Positions 19,981 through 28,899 of a stretch of DNA of 64,000 bases are shown piece by piece. Both the position numbers and the translations under genes were made by a program. Source of the stretch: Acholeplasmataceae bacterium (lineage in GTDB: Bacteria; Bacillota_I; Bacilli_A; ML615J-28; CAG-698); the NCBI GenBank assembly GCA_012838705.1, contig DUOT01000109.1, positions 8,578 through 72,577 of the forward strand. The letters run 5' to 3'. A model generated the notes under the pieces. It was not told the origin of the DNA. It did no database searches and worked only from the letters and a program-made list of their open reading frames with translations. Numbering within the stretch: position 1 is the stretch's first letter; every line of letters starts with the position of its first letter.

Positions 19981-21237
19981 ATGAATGCTTTACTAGAAGA
20001 ATTAAAATGGCGTGGATTAATTTATGACATTGTTAATGAAGAAGAATTATCAAAACGCTTAGAAAAACCAATAACACTATATTGTGGTTTTGATCCAACT
20101 GCAGATAGTTTACATATTGGATCATTACTTCCTATTGTAACTTTAATGAGATTTAAAAAGGCAGGTCATCGTGTTATTGCTTTAACTGGTGGAGGTACTG
20201 GGTTAATTGGTGACCCGAGTGGAAAGAAAAATGAAAGAAGTTTAAATCCTTTAGATACAGTAAAGGAATGGAGTAAACTTTTTAAAAAGCAAATGTCTAA
20301 GTTTCTAAAATTTGATGATAAGACATCATTTTCAGTTGATAACTATAAATGGCTTGGAGAAATGAAAGCAATTGAATTATGGCGTGATTATGGTAGACAT
20401 TTTAATATTAACTATATGCTTGCGAAAGAATCAGTAAAATCAAGACTTGATACTGGCTTAACTTATTTAGAATTTTCATATATGATTCTTCAATCAATTG
20501 ACTTTTTAAAACTATACCAAGATCCAAAATATCGTTGTGAGATGCAAATTGGTGGTCAGGACCAATGGGGGAATATTACTGCAGGTATGGAACTAATAAG
20601 AAAAGTAGAAGGTCCAGAAGCAGAAGTATATGGTTTAACTGTTCCTCTTATTACAAAAAGTGATGGAACTAAATTTGGTAAGACTGAATCTGGAGCTGTT
20701 TGGCTTGATGAAGAAAAAACATCACCATATGAAATGTATCAATTCTTCATAAATACAGCAGATGATGATGTCATTAAACTATTAAAATATTTTACATTCC
20801 TATCTAAAGAAGAAATCGAAGACTTAGAAGAAAAAGTAAAAACCGAACCTCATCTTCGTGAAGCACAAAAAGTATTAGCTAGAGAAATAGTACTGTTAGT
20901 TCATGGTGAAAAAGGATTAGAAAATGCATTAAAACTTACTGATGCTTTATTTAGTGGAAATATTAAAGAGCTAGATGTTTCAGAAATCAAAATGTGTTTT
21001 AAAGATGTACCATCTATTGAAGAAGTAGATCCGATTAATATTATTGATGCTGTTGTAAAGGTTGGAGCTGCACAGTCAAAACGACAAGCTCGTGAATTTA
21101 TAACTAATGGTGCTATTAATATTAATGGAGATATCGTGAAGGATTTTGACTATACAATTACTAAAGAAAAAGCAATAGGTCAAACATTTACTGTTATCCG
21201 TAGAGGTAAGAAAAATTATTATTTAATTAAACATTAA
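19981..21237 (+). CDS. tyrS: Tyrosine--tRNA ligase
   Basis: HIGS (HIGH motif), KFGKTE (KMSKS) and a C-terminal S4 domain. Confidence 0.95.
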   Translation: MNALLEELKWRGLIYDIVNEEELSKRLEKPITLYCGFDPTADSLHIGSLLPIVTLMRFKKAGHRVIALTGGGTGLIGDPSGKKNERSLNPLDTVKEWSKLFKKQMSKFLKFDDKTSFSVDNYKWLGEMKAIELWRDYGRHFNINYMLAKESVKSRLDTGLTYLEFSYMILQSIDFLKLYQDPKYRCEMQIGGQDQWGNITAGMELIRKVEGPEAEVYGLTVPLITKSDGTKFGKTESGAVWLDEEKTSPYEMYQFFINTADDDVIKLLKYFTFLSKEEIEDLEEKVKTEPHLREAQKVLAREIVLLVHGEKGLENALKLTDALFSGNIKELDVSEIKMCFKDVPSIEEVDPINIIDAVVKVGAAQSKRQAREFITNGAININGDIVKDFDYTITKEKAIGQTFTVIRRGKKNYYLIKH

Positions 21238-21242
21238 AAAAA

Positions 21243-21285
21243 TTAATGCTTGCGCAAATTATTCAACGCAAGCATTTTTTCTTTA
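21243..21285. terminator. Bidirectional terminator between convergent tyrS and trpS
   Basis: GCTTGCG-caaattattcaa-CGCAAGC with an A-run before and a T-run after. Confidence 0.6.
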
Positions 21286-21351
21286 TTGAAAGTTATATTA
21301 ATAAAAAAACTCCTAAAATAGATATTATCTACTTTAAGAGTAATATAGGCT

Positions 21352-22347
21352 TTAATAACCAATGCCGATAAGTTTTTTGATTTTCTTCATTTTGCTACGA
21401 GCAAACATTGATGCTCTGCATTTACCTTCATAAAGAATTTGTTTAAGTTCTTTGGAATCATACCACTTTTCAAATTCTTTTTGAACTTTTGAAATTTCCT
21501 CAACAACAATCTCGGCTAGATCTTTTTTAAAGTCTCCATAACCTTTATCTTTATATTTGTTTTCAATTTCTTCATAAGATAAATCTGTGATTGATGAATA
21601 GATTGTCATTAAGTTAGATATTCCAGGTTTGTTTTCTTTATCATAATAAATTTTAGCTTCACTATCAGTAACTGCAGATTTTATTTTTTTTCGTATTACT
21701 GAAGGTGGATCTAATAAGAAGATACATCCTTTGTTTTCTTCTTCAGACTTAGCCATTTTTTTTGTAGGATCTTGTAGATCCATAATTCGTGAGCCTTTTT
21801 TACTTACGAGTGGCTCTGGAACAGTAAATGTTTCTCCGTAGCGGTTATTAAAACGATTTGCAAGATCACGTGTTAATTCTAAATGTTGCATTTGGTCATC
21901 ACCAACAGGTACATATTTTGCATCATATAATAGGATATCAGCAGCCATTAGTGATGGGTAAGTAAATAGGGCAGAAGATATTCCATGAGCCTGTTTTTGT
22001 TTTTTGTCTTTATATTGCGTCATACGTTCAAGTTCGCCCATATATGTTATTGACTGCATTATATACCCAAGTTCCACATGTTCCTTTACCTCTGACTGAA
22101 CAAAGAGTGTAAGGTTATCAGTATTTAATCCACAAGCTAAATATAATGCAGCAAGATTTTTAATATTTTGTTTTAATTCTTTAGGGTCTTGGTATACTGT
22201 AATTGCATGCATATCCGCAATAAAAAGTAAAAATTCATAATCTTGCATTTCATTTTGTAACTTAACAAAATTCTTCAAGGCTCCAAGATAATTACCTAGA
22301 GTCGGTATTCCAGTGGGTTTAATCCCAGATAATACAAATTTTATCAT
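21352..22347 (-). CDS. trpS: Tryptophan--tRNA ligase
   Basis: KPTGIPTLGNYLGAL (HIGH region) and KMAKSEEE (KMSKS). Confidence 0.95.
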   Translation of the reverse strand: MIKFVLSGIKPTGIPTLGNYLGALKNFVKLQNEMQDYEFLLFIADMHAITVYQDPKELKQNIKNLAALYLACGLNTDNLTLFVQSEVKEHVELGYIMQSITYMGELERMTQYKDKKQKQAHGISSALFTYPSLMAADILLYDAKYVPVGDDQMQHLELTRDLANRFNNRYGETFTVPEPLVSKKGSRIMDLQDPTKKMAKSEEENKGCIFLLDPPSVIRKKIKSAVTDSEAKIYYDKENKPGISNLMTIYSSITDLSYEEIENKYKDKGYGDFKKDLAEIVVEEISKVQKEFEKWYDSKELKQILYEGKCRASMFARSKMKKIKKLIGIGY

Positions 22348-22422
22348 GCTTAAAACTCCAATCTATAGATATTTTAATAATTCTTCTTATTATTATAACT
22401 CTTTTTTCCCAAATTGCAAGAA

Positions 22423-22450
22423 ATTATAACAAAATATATAGTATTTGCAA
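22423..22450 (-). promoter_or_regulatory. Probable trpS sigma-A promoter; no T-box present
   Basis: Minus strand: TTGCAA, 16 bp spacer, TATAAT. No GGTGGTACC-type T-box in the roughly 70-nt leader. Confidence 0.4.
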
Positions 22451-22518
22451 TGTAAGCGTTTGCTATGCTAAAAAAAGACGCTATTTTGGCAAAATAGTCG
22501 CTGATAAAAGCGTTTACA
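22451..22518. promoter_or_regulatory. Two cre-like (CcpA-box-like) sites between the divergent trpS and opp promoters
   Basis: TGTAAGCGTTTGCT (22451-64) and TAAAAGCGTTTACA (22505-18) against cre consensus TGWAANCGNTNWCA: 12/14 and 13/14 matches. Confidence 0.35.
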
Positions 22519-22540
22519 TTTACAAAATATAAAAAAATAG

Positions 22541-22568
22541 TTGACAATTAATGCAATTTTAGTATAAT
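22541..22568 (+). promoter_or_regulatory. Sigma-A promoter of the opp operon
   Basis: TTGACA, 16 bp spacer, TATAAT. Confidence 0.5.
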
Positions 22569-22622
22569 ATTTACATACACTATGATATAAGTGTTAATAT
22601 TAATGATATGGAGGAAGAGAGA

Positions 22623-24482
22623 ATGAAATTAGTTAAAAAACTATTTCTTTTAGCATTATTTGCTCTTTCTGCTGTCGCTTTAGTAGGGTGCGACAAGAAG
22701 GGTGCAAATACACTCATCGTTGGTACTCCAGAAATGAACCAAGATTTCATCAGTGGATGGGATAACAATGCATACGATATGTATGTACGTGACTTAATCC
22801 ATGGTTATGGAACTCTTGTGGAGACTGAACTTGGTGAGTATGTTTGGGACTTAGAAGCTGTGTTAGCTAAAGCTCCTGAAACACAAACGGATTCTGAAGG
22901 TAATAAAACATATAAATTTACCTTACAAGAAGATTTAAAATGGAATAATGGTGAGCCTATCAATGCTAAACATTATGTGGCTAATATGTTATTATATTCA
23001 TCTGCAGAATGGGAAGAAATTTCAACTGCAGGGGCAACAGCTGGTTATGATTTAGTAGGATATGCAGCTTATCATGATGGTGACGGAAGCGATGATTACA
23101 CTGTATTGAATGTTCCTTTTGAAGGTGTTAGATTACTAGGCGATTATCAATTCTCATTCACAATTGCTGAAGAAAGTCTACCTTACTTCTATGAGAAAGT
23201 TCTAGTAGCTGCTAGCCCTATTTATTATCCAAATTATTTACCTGGATATGATGTAAAAGATGATGGCGAAGGAGCATACTTTACTACTACTGATACTTCT
23301 AAAAAAATGGTTGACCTTTTAGAAGAAACAGTTCTTGATACAGAAACTGGTCAACGTTATATGCCTTTAGTAACTTGTGGACCTTACAAACTTGTAAGTT
23401 TTGCAAACCAAGTTGCAACATTAGAATTAAATAAACATTTTAAAACTAATTATGAAGGCAAAAAACCAACAATTAAAAATATTCAAATTAAAGCTATTAA
23501 CCAAGAAACTGACGTTGAGCAAGTAATTGCTGGTACAGTAGACATCGTTAACGGTGTTATTGAAGCTGAAAAAATCAATGCAGCAAGAGAAGATGAAAAT
23601 ACAGATATGGTTTCTTATCCACGTAATGGTTACGGATACCTAGGATTTGCGAATTATTGGGGACCTACTAAATATGCCGAAGTACGTCGTGGCTTAGGTT
23701 ACTTAGTAGACCGTCAAAAATTCCTAACTCAATACTTAGGTGGATTCGGATCATTAGTTAATGGACCTTATGGTGAAGCTCAATGGTTCTACCAAGAAAC
23801 TAAAGATGAGTTAGAAGAAAAATTAACAAACTACGTATATGATATTAATAAAGCTAACGAAGAATTAGATAAGAGTCCATACAAATTTGAATCTGATGGT
23901 GTAACACCATGGGATGCTTCAAAAGCAAAAGCTGATGGATCATACTTACGCTATAATGCTAATAAAGAACCACTATCAGTATATCACTGTGGTACTCCAG
24001 ATAACCCAGTAACTGACATACTTCAAATGGAATTTGAAGCTAATGCTTGGAAAGCAGGGGTTAAATATCGAATCGATATCGCAACTTTTGATGTATTATT
24101 ACAACACTATGGCAGTGGTTATTCAATGTCTGATACTGAAAGAAAATATCACATGTTTAACCTAGCTACTGGTTATACTTCTGCATATGATCCATACTAT
24201 TACTTCCATTCTGAATGGGCTGGAAAAACTAACCCACTAGGAGTGGTAGATAGTGAACTTGATGAATTAACTGTTAAGTTAAGAAGAGTGGATAGTAACG
24301 ATAAAGACAAATTTAAAGAAATATTTGTTCAAGTGGTAGATAGATGGAATGAAATTTTACCAACTCTTCCATTATATTCTAACGAATATTTCGATATTTA
24401 TAATAAGAGGGTTAAGGGATTAAAAACTAGTCCAGTTTGGACATGGGCTAATGATATTTGTGATTTAACTCTTGAAAAATAA
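22623..24482 (+). CDS. oppA: Oligopeptide ABC transporter substrate-binding lipoprotein (SBP family 5)
   Basis: Signal peptide with lipobox LVGC. SBP_bac_5-like length. RBS GGAGGAAGAG before ATG 22623. Confidence 0.85.
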   Translation: MKLVKKLFLLALFALSAVALVGCDKKGANTLIVGTPEMNQDFISGWDNNAYDMYVRDLIHGYGTLVETELGEYVWDLEAVLAKAPETQTDSEGNKTYKFTLQEDLKWNNGEPINAKHYVANMLLYSSAEWEEISTAGATAGYDLVGYAAYHDGDGSDDYTVLNVPFEGVRLLGDYQFSFTIAEESLPYFYEKVLVAASPIYYPNYLPGYDVKDDGEGAYFTTTDTSKKMVDLLEETVLDTETGQRYMPLVTCGPYKLVSFANQVATLELNKHFKTNYEGKKPTIKNIQIKAINQETDVEQVIAGTVDIVNGVIEAEKINAAREDENTDMVSYPRNGYGYLGFANYWGPTKYAEVRRGLGYLVDRQKFLTQYLGGFGSLVNGPYGEAQWFYQETKDELEEKLTNYVYDINKANEELDKSPYKFESDGVTPWDASKAKADGSYLRYNANKEPLSVYHCGTPDNPVTDILQMEFEANAWKAGVKYRIDIATFDVLLQHYGSGYSMSDTERKYHMFNLATGYTSAYDPYYYFHSEWAGKTNPLGVVDSELDELTVKLRRVDSNDKDKFKEIFVQVVDRWNEILPTLPLYSNEYFDIYNKRVKGLKTSPVWTWANDICDLTLEK

Positions 24483-24501
24483 TAACTTAAATAAACAAAA
24501 G

Positions 24502-24535
24502 GAGAGAGTTACCTCTCTCCCTTTGTTTAGTTTTA
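24502..24535 (+). terminator. Partial terminator/attenuator hairpin after oppA
   Basis: GGAGAGAG-ttac-CTCTCTCC followed by cTTTGTTTAGTTTT. Confidence 0.5.
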
Positions 24536-24538
24536 ATA

Positions 24539-24589
24539 TCTTATTATTACTATCAGCAAGGGGCTCGATATGATAGTAATAATAAGATC
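24539..24589. repeat. Perfect 18-bp inverted repeat with a 15-nt loop in the oppA-oppB intergenic region
   Basis: ATCTTATTATTACTATCA ...loop gcaaggggctcgata... TGATAGTAATAATAAGAT. Confidence 0.6.
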
Positions 24590-24610
24590 AAGATTTAGTT
24601 GGAGGTTTAT

Positions 24611-25606
24611 ATGGGAAAATATTTATTAAAAAGATTCTTATCTTTAATTCCTGTTGTATTTATAATTTCGATAATATTATTTGTTATTGTAAAGACAGTT
24701 CCTGGTGATCCAGTTGAAATTATGTATTATGAACAATTAAATAGTCCTGAAATGCAAAGATATCCAGAAAAACGTGAAGAATTCTATCAAAAAAAATGGG
24801 AAGAGATGGGATTAAATGATTCGCTTATTGTTCAATATCTTCGCTGGATGGAAAGAACATTAAAAGGGGATTTAGGATATTCGCATTGGAAAAAGGCTAA
24901 GGTAAAAGATGTTATTTCAGAACCTTTAAAAGTATCAATAATTATCAATATTATTTCGATTACACTTGCTTTTGTTCTTGCGATAATAATTGGAATAAAA
25001 TCTGCAGTGAAGCGGTACTCTTTTTATGACACCTGGTGGCAGGTATCATCCTTAGTATTTACTTCAATGCCATCATTTTTTATCGGAATGGGGTTAATTT
25101 TTATATTCCCTGTTACTTTAAGAATATTTCAGTTTGGTGGTTTACCAGCCTTAAGAGGTGGAGAATCATTTTTCTACGCAATATTTAAATGGGCTGAGCA
25201 TTTATTCTTACCGGTGCTAACTCTTACAATTGGAAGTTTAGCCGGGACAATACGTTATGTACGTAATGCAATGATTGAAATTTTGAAAAAAGATTATATA
25301 AAAACTGCACGTTCCAAAGGATTAAAAGAAAAAGTAGTTATATATTCACATGCATTCCGTAATGCTTTAATTCCTGTTGTTACAATTGTGTCTGGAAGTT
25401 TAGTAGCTATTTTTGGTGGATCAGCAATAACTGAATCTGTGTTTGCAATAAACGGTATTGGACGTTTATTAGTAGATGCCCTTAATGCCCGTGATTTCTC
25501 AATTGTATTAACTATGAACCTATTTTATGCTGTTTTGGGTTTATTAGCAAACGTAATTATGGATATAAGTTATGCAATGGTTGATCCACGCGTTAAACTA
25601 GAATAG
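24611..25606 (+). CDS. oppB: Oligopeptide ABC transporter permease
   Basis: MGKYLLKRF N-terminus and an ABC-TM1 (BPD_transp_1) domain. Start ±1 nt. Confidence 0.85.
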   Translation: MGKYLLKRFLSLIPVVFIISIILFVIVKTVPGDPVEIMYYEQLNSPEMQRYPEKREEFYQKKWEEMGLNDSLIVQYLRWMERTLKGDLGYSHWKKAKVKDVISEPLKVSIIINIISITLAFVLAIIIGIKSAVKRYSFYDTWWQVSSLVFTSMPSFFIGMGLIFIFPVTLRIFQFGGLPALRGGESFFYAIFKWAEHLFLPVLTLTIGSLAGTIRYVRNAMIEILKKDYIKTARSKGLKEKVVIYSHAFRNALIPVVTIVSGSLVAIFGGSAITESVFAINGIGRLLVDALNARDFSIVLTMNLFYAVLGLLANVIMDISYAMVDPRVKLE

Positions 25607-25618
25607 GGGGTAGAATAT

Positions 25619-27889
25619 ATGAATAACAATCAAAATTTTTGGAGCAAAATTTGGTCATCAATAAAGGATTTATTTGTTCGTCTTTTTGGAATTGGAAAAT
25701 CAAAAGATAGAGCAACTTCTGTTCTTGAAGAAGAAGAAATAGTAAGCCCCTCAAAACAAATATTTAGAAATTTTATTCGCAATAAAGTTGCAATAATAGG
25801 TCTTACAATCTTTGTTGCTATCGTATTATTTGTTGTTATTGGTAGAGCTGTTATTGACTTTGATCATCGATATACTGAGAGTTCACAAATCTATATCGAG
25901 CCCGGAACAGATCACTTAAAAATACCAAAAGGTTTAAAAAAATCTGGTATTAAGGTTGTAAAGGATTTTGAAGGCAATGACCAATATCTAATGGGTGTTG
26001 GAAATGCTTTTACTATTGCAATTTCTAATGATAATAAAATATATGTTTGGGGAGCTAATGAAGAAAAAATTAAAAAAGTTCCTAAAGAAATTCAAGAAAA
26101 TGCAGATAAAATAGTACAACTTGCAGTTGGTGCAGACCATGCAGTTGTTCTAACGAGTGATGGAAAGCTTCTTGCTTGGGGTTCTAATGGTCAACAACAA
26201 GCACAGATTCCAACATTTAATATGGATACAGACGATTTCTATGGTTTATATAAAAAATCTATTGAAGCATATTTTAAACCAGAAGTTCGTTATTTGTATC
26301 CAGATGATTTAATTACAACAATTGAAGAAGATCCAATAAAAAAAGTTGTAGCTGGATATCAATATACAAGTATTCTCACTGAGAGTGGAATCATTTATTC
26401 TTGGGGAAATACTAAAGAAGTACGTATTTCTGAAGAACGCTATTCTTATCGTTTTACGGAAATAGAAATAAAATATGATGGAGAAAAATTGACTTGGAAA
26501 TATATTGGTCCAAATATTACATTTAATATTGCTACTAACGAAGAAATAATAGATTATTATAATCTTCCAACTGAAGAAGACCGTGAAATTGAATTAACAT
26601 ATTCAAAAAATGCTTTATCTTGGCGTTATGATGATGAAGAAGAATGGACTACTCTAGCAACAAAAGAAGATATTCTTGAATATATTAAACCAAATATTAA
26701 AAAGGTTACTAATATTTATGCTTTAGAGTCCCATATGGTTTACGAGTTTGAAGATAATAGTATTTTCATTATGGGTCAAGCTGGATCTATTATGTCTCAA
26801 CTTACTGAAGACTTACGAGTAGAATTATTCAAAAGTGCTGAAGAACGTGGTTATCGTGTTGAAAAAGTTGTTGGAACTGAACGTAATGCGTTTGTATTAA
26901 CATCTGAAGGAAATATCTTTGGTTGGGGTGAATCAACAACTGAAGCATTGCCGTTAATTACTATTCCAGATGAAGTTAAAAATAGTAAAATTGTTGATCT
27001 TGTAAGTGGAAAATATCATTTAGTAGCTAGAGATGATAAGGGTAATGTATATACTTGGGGAAGTAAAAATTCATTAAATCAATTAGACATTCCAAAGAAG
27101 CTTGCAAAATCAGAAAAGATTATATCTAATTATTTTATAAATTATTCAATAGGTGAAGATGGCTCTATCCAAGCATGGGGTCATAAAGGATATATATTCG
27201 GTACCGATTTAGCTGGTGCTGACGTGTTTAAACGTATTATAGCTGGTGGTGCTATGTCATTATCATTAGCACTAGTTGCAGTTGTTGTATCATTAATCAT
27301 TGGATTAATTATTGGTTTAGTAGCTGGATTCTATGGTAAATGGGTAGACAATTTATTAATGAGATTTGGTGAAATTATCTCCGCATTCCCATTCTTACCG
27401 TTGGCGATGACTCTTGCTAAGATTGTACAAGAGGCAGAAATAGATGAAACATATCGTGTATATATGATAATGGTTGTCCTAGGATTACTTTCATGGCCAG
27501 GTCTTGCACGTTTAGTACGCGGTCAAATTCTAAAAGAACGCGAACAAGATTTCGTATTAGCAGCTAAAGCATTAGGTATAAAAGAAAAACATATTATTAC
27601 TCGTCATATTTTACCTAATGTCATTAATGTTGTTATTGTTAGTACAACATTAAGTTATGCTGGTGCATTATTAACTGAATCTGGATTATCATTCCTTGGA
27701 TTTGGCGTAAGATATCCAAAACCATCTTGGGGTAATATGTTAACAGGAACACAAAGCATGACCGTATTAAGATATTATTGGTGGGCATGGATTATTCCTG
27801 CAATCTTCATAATTTTAACTGCCCTAAGTGTTAACTTGGTAGGTGATGGTTTACGTGAGGCAATGGATCCAAAGGCGAATGAAAGATAG
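25619..27889 (+). CDS. oppC: Oligopeptide ABC permease OppC with an extracytoplasmic RCC1-like beta-propeller of about 470 aa inserted after TM1
   Basis: OppC N-terminus and TM1, then seven repeats ending in xWGxN/xWGS (VWGAN, AWGSNGQQQ, YSWGNTKE, FGWGESTTE, YTWGSKNSLNQ, QAWGHKGY), then a canonical OppC TM domain. Confidence 0.8.
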   Translation: MNNNQNFWSKIWSSIKDLFVRLFGIGKSKDRATSVLEEEEIVSPSKQIFRNFIRNKVAIIGLTIFVAIVLFVVIGRAVIDFDHRYTESSQIYIEPGTDHLKIPKGLKKSGIKVVKDFEGNDQYLMGVGNAFTIAISNDNKIYVWGANEEKIKKVPKEIQENADKIVQLAVGADHAVVLTSDGKLLAWGSNGQQQAQIPTFNMDTDDFYGLYKKSIEAYFKPEVRYLYPDDLITTIEEDPIKKVVAGYQYTSILTESGIIYSWGNTKEVRISEERYSYRFTEIEIKYDGEKLTWKYIGPNITFNIATNEEIIDYYNLPTEEDREIELTYSKNALSWRYDDEEEWTTLATKEDILEYIKPNIKKVTNIYALESHMVYEFEDNSIFIMGQAGSIMSQLTEDLRVELFKSAEERGYRVEKVVGTERNAFVLTSEGNIFGWGESTTEALPLITIPDEVKNSKIVDLVSGKYHLVARDDKGNVYTWGSKNSLNQLDIPKKLAKSEKIISNYFINYSIGEDGSIQAWGHKGYIFGTDLAGADVFKRIIAGGAMSLSLALVAVVVSLIIGLIIGLVAGFYGKWVDNLLMRFGEIISAFPFLPLAMTLAKIVQEAEIDETYRVYMIMVVLGLLSWPGLARLVRGQILKEREQDFVLAAKALGIKEKHIITRHILPNVINVVIVSTTLSYAGALLTESGLSFLGFGVRYPKPSWGNMLTGTQSMTVLRYYWWAWIIPAIFIILTALSVNLVGDGLREAMDPKANER

Positions 27890-27897
27890 GTGAGAAG

Positions 27898-28899
27898 ATG
27901 AAAACACTATTAGAAATAAATAACCTACATACATACTTTTCAACAAAACGAGGTCTTGTAAAGGCTGCCAATGGAGTAACGTTAAGAGTTAATGAAGGCC
28001 AAACTTTAGGTATTGTTGGGGAAAGTGGTTCTGGTAAAAGTGTTACTGCAATGTCAATATTACAACTTTTTGAAGAAAATCAAAAAATTCATGATGGTGA
28101 AATTATCTTTGATGGAAAAGTTCTTTCTGAATTACCAGAAGACGAACTTCGTCATATTAGAGGTAATGACATTTCAGTAATTTTCCAAGAACCGATGACA
28201 AGTTTAAACCCAGTATTTAAAGTAAGTAGACAAATAAGCGAAGTTTTGATGCTTCATCAAAACTTGACAAAAAAACAAGCATATAAAAAAGCAATTGAAT
28301 TATTAGCTGATGTTGGTATTTCCAACCCTGAAAAAGTAGTTGACCAATATTCGTTCCAACTATCAGGGGGAATGTGTCAAAGGGTTATGATTGCAATGGC
28401 TCTTGCATGTCGTCCTAAGCTGTTAATTGCAGATGAACCAACAACAGCACTTGACGTAACAATTCAAGCGCAAATATTAAAACTTATGAATGATTTGAAA
28501 AAGCAATATAATACAGCGATTATTTTCGTTACTCACGACTTAGGAGTAATTAATGAAATGGCTGATGATGTTGCGGTTATGTATTGCGGGCAAGTAGTTG
28601 AATCAGCTTCCGCAAAAACAATCTTTGGTGAAAATCCAACATATTCACATCCTTATACAGAAGGGTTAATGAATTCAATTCCAAGATTAGATACACCAAA
28701 GGGTAAAAAATTAGAAGTAATACCAGGTTCCGTACCTCATCCATTAAATCTACCTGTAGGATGTAAATTTGCACCACGATGCAAATATGCTACAGATAGA
28801 TGTCGTGAGAAAGAAATTGACTTCTTTGAAGTTGAACCAAATCATTTCGTAAGATGCTTATATCCAAAGCGAGGTGCAAGAGATGAAGCAATTGAATAA
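27898..28899 (+). CDS. oppD: Oligopeptide ABC transporter ATP-binding protein
   Basis: Walker A GESGSGKS, signature LSGGMCQRV, and a C-terminal oligopeptide-type extension. Confidence 0.9.
   Translation: MKTLLEINNLHTYFSTKRGLVKAANGVTLRVNEGQTLGIVGESGSGKSVTAMSILQLFEENQKIHDGEIIFDGKVLSELPEDELRHIRGNDISVIFQEPMTSLNPVFKVSRQISEVLMLHQNLTKKQAYKKAIELLADVGISNPEKVVDQYSFQLSGGMCQRVMIAMALACRPKLLIADEPTTALDVTIQAQILKLMNDLKKQYNTAIIFVTHDLGVINEMADDVAVMYCGQVVESASAKTIFGENPTYSHPYTEGLMNSIPRLDTPKGKKLEVIPGSVPHPLNLPVGCKFAPRCKYATDRCREKEIDFFEVEPNHFVRCLYPKRGARDEAIE

Noticed and set aside
22470-22500. AT-rich hairpin with a T-run on the minus strand (GACGCTATTTTGGCAAAATAGTCGC)
   Set aside because: Imperfect stem, and no upstream gene on that strand for it to terminate. 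Probably incidental or part of the regulatory region.
22580-22768. 62-aa minus-strand ORF
   Set aside because: Antisense to the oppA signal-peptide region.
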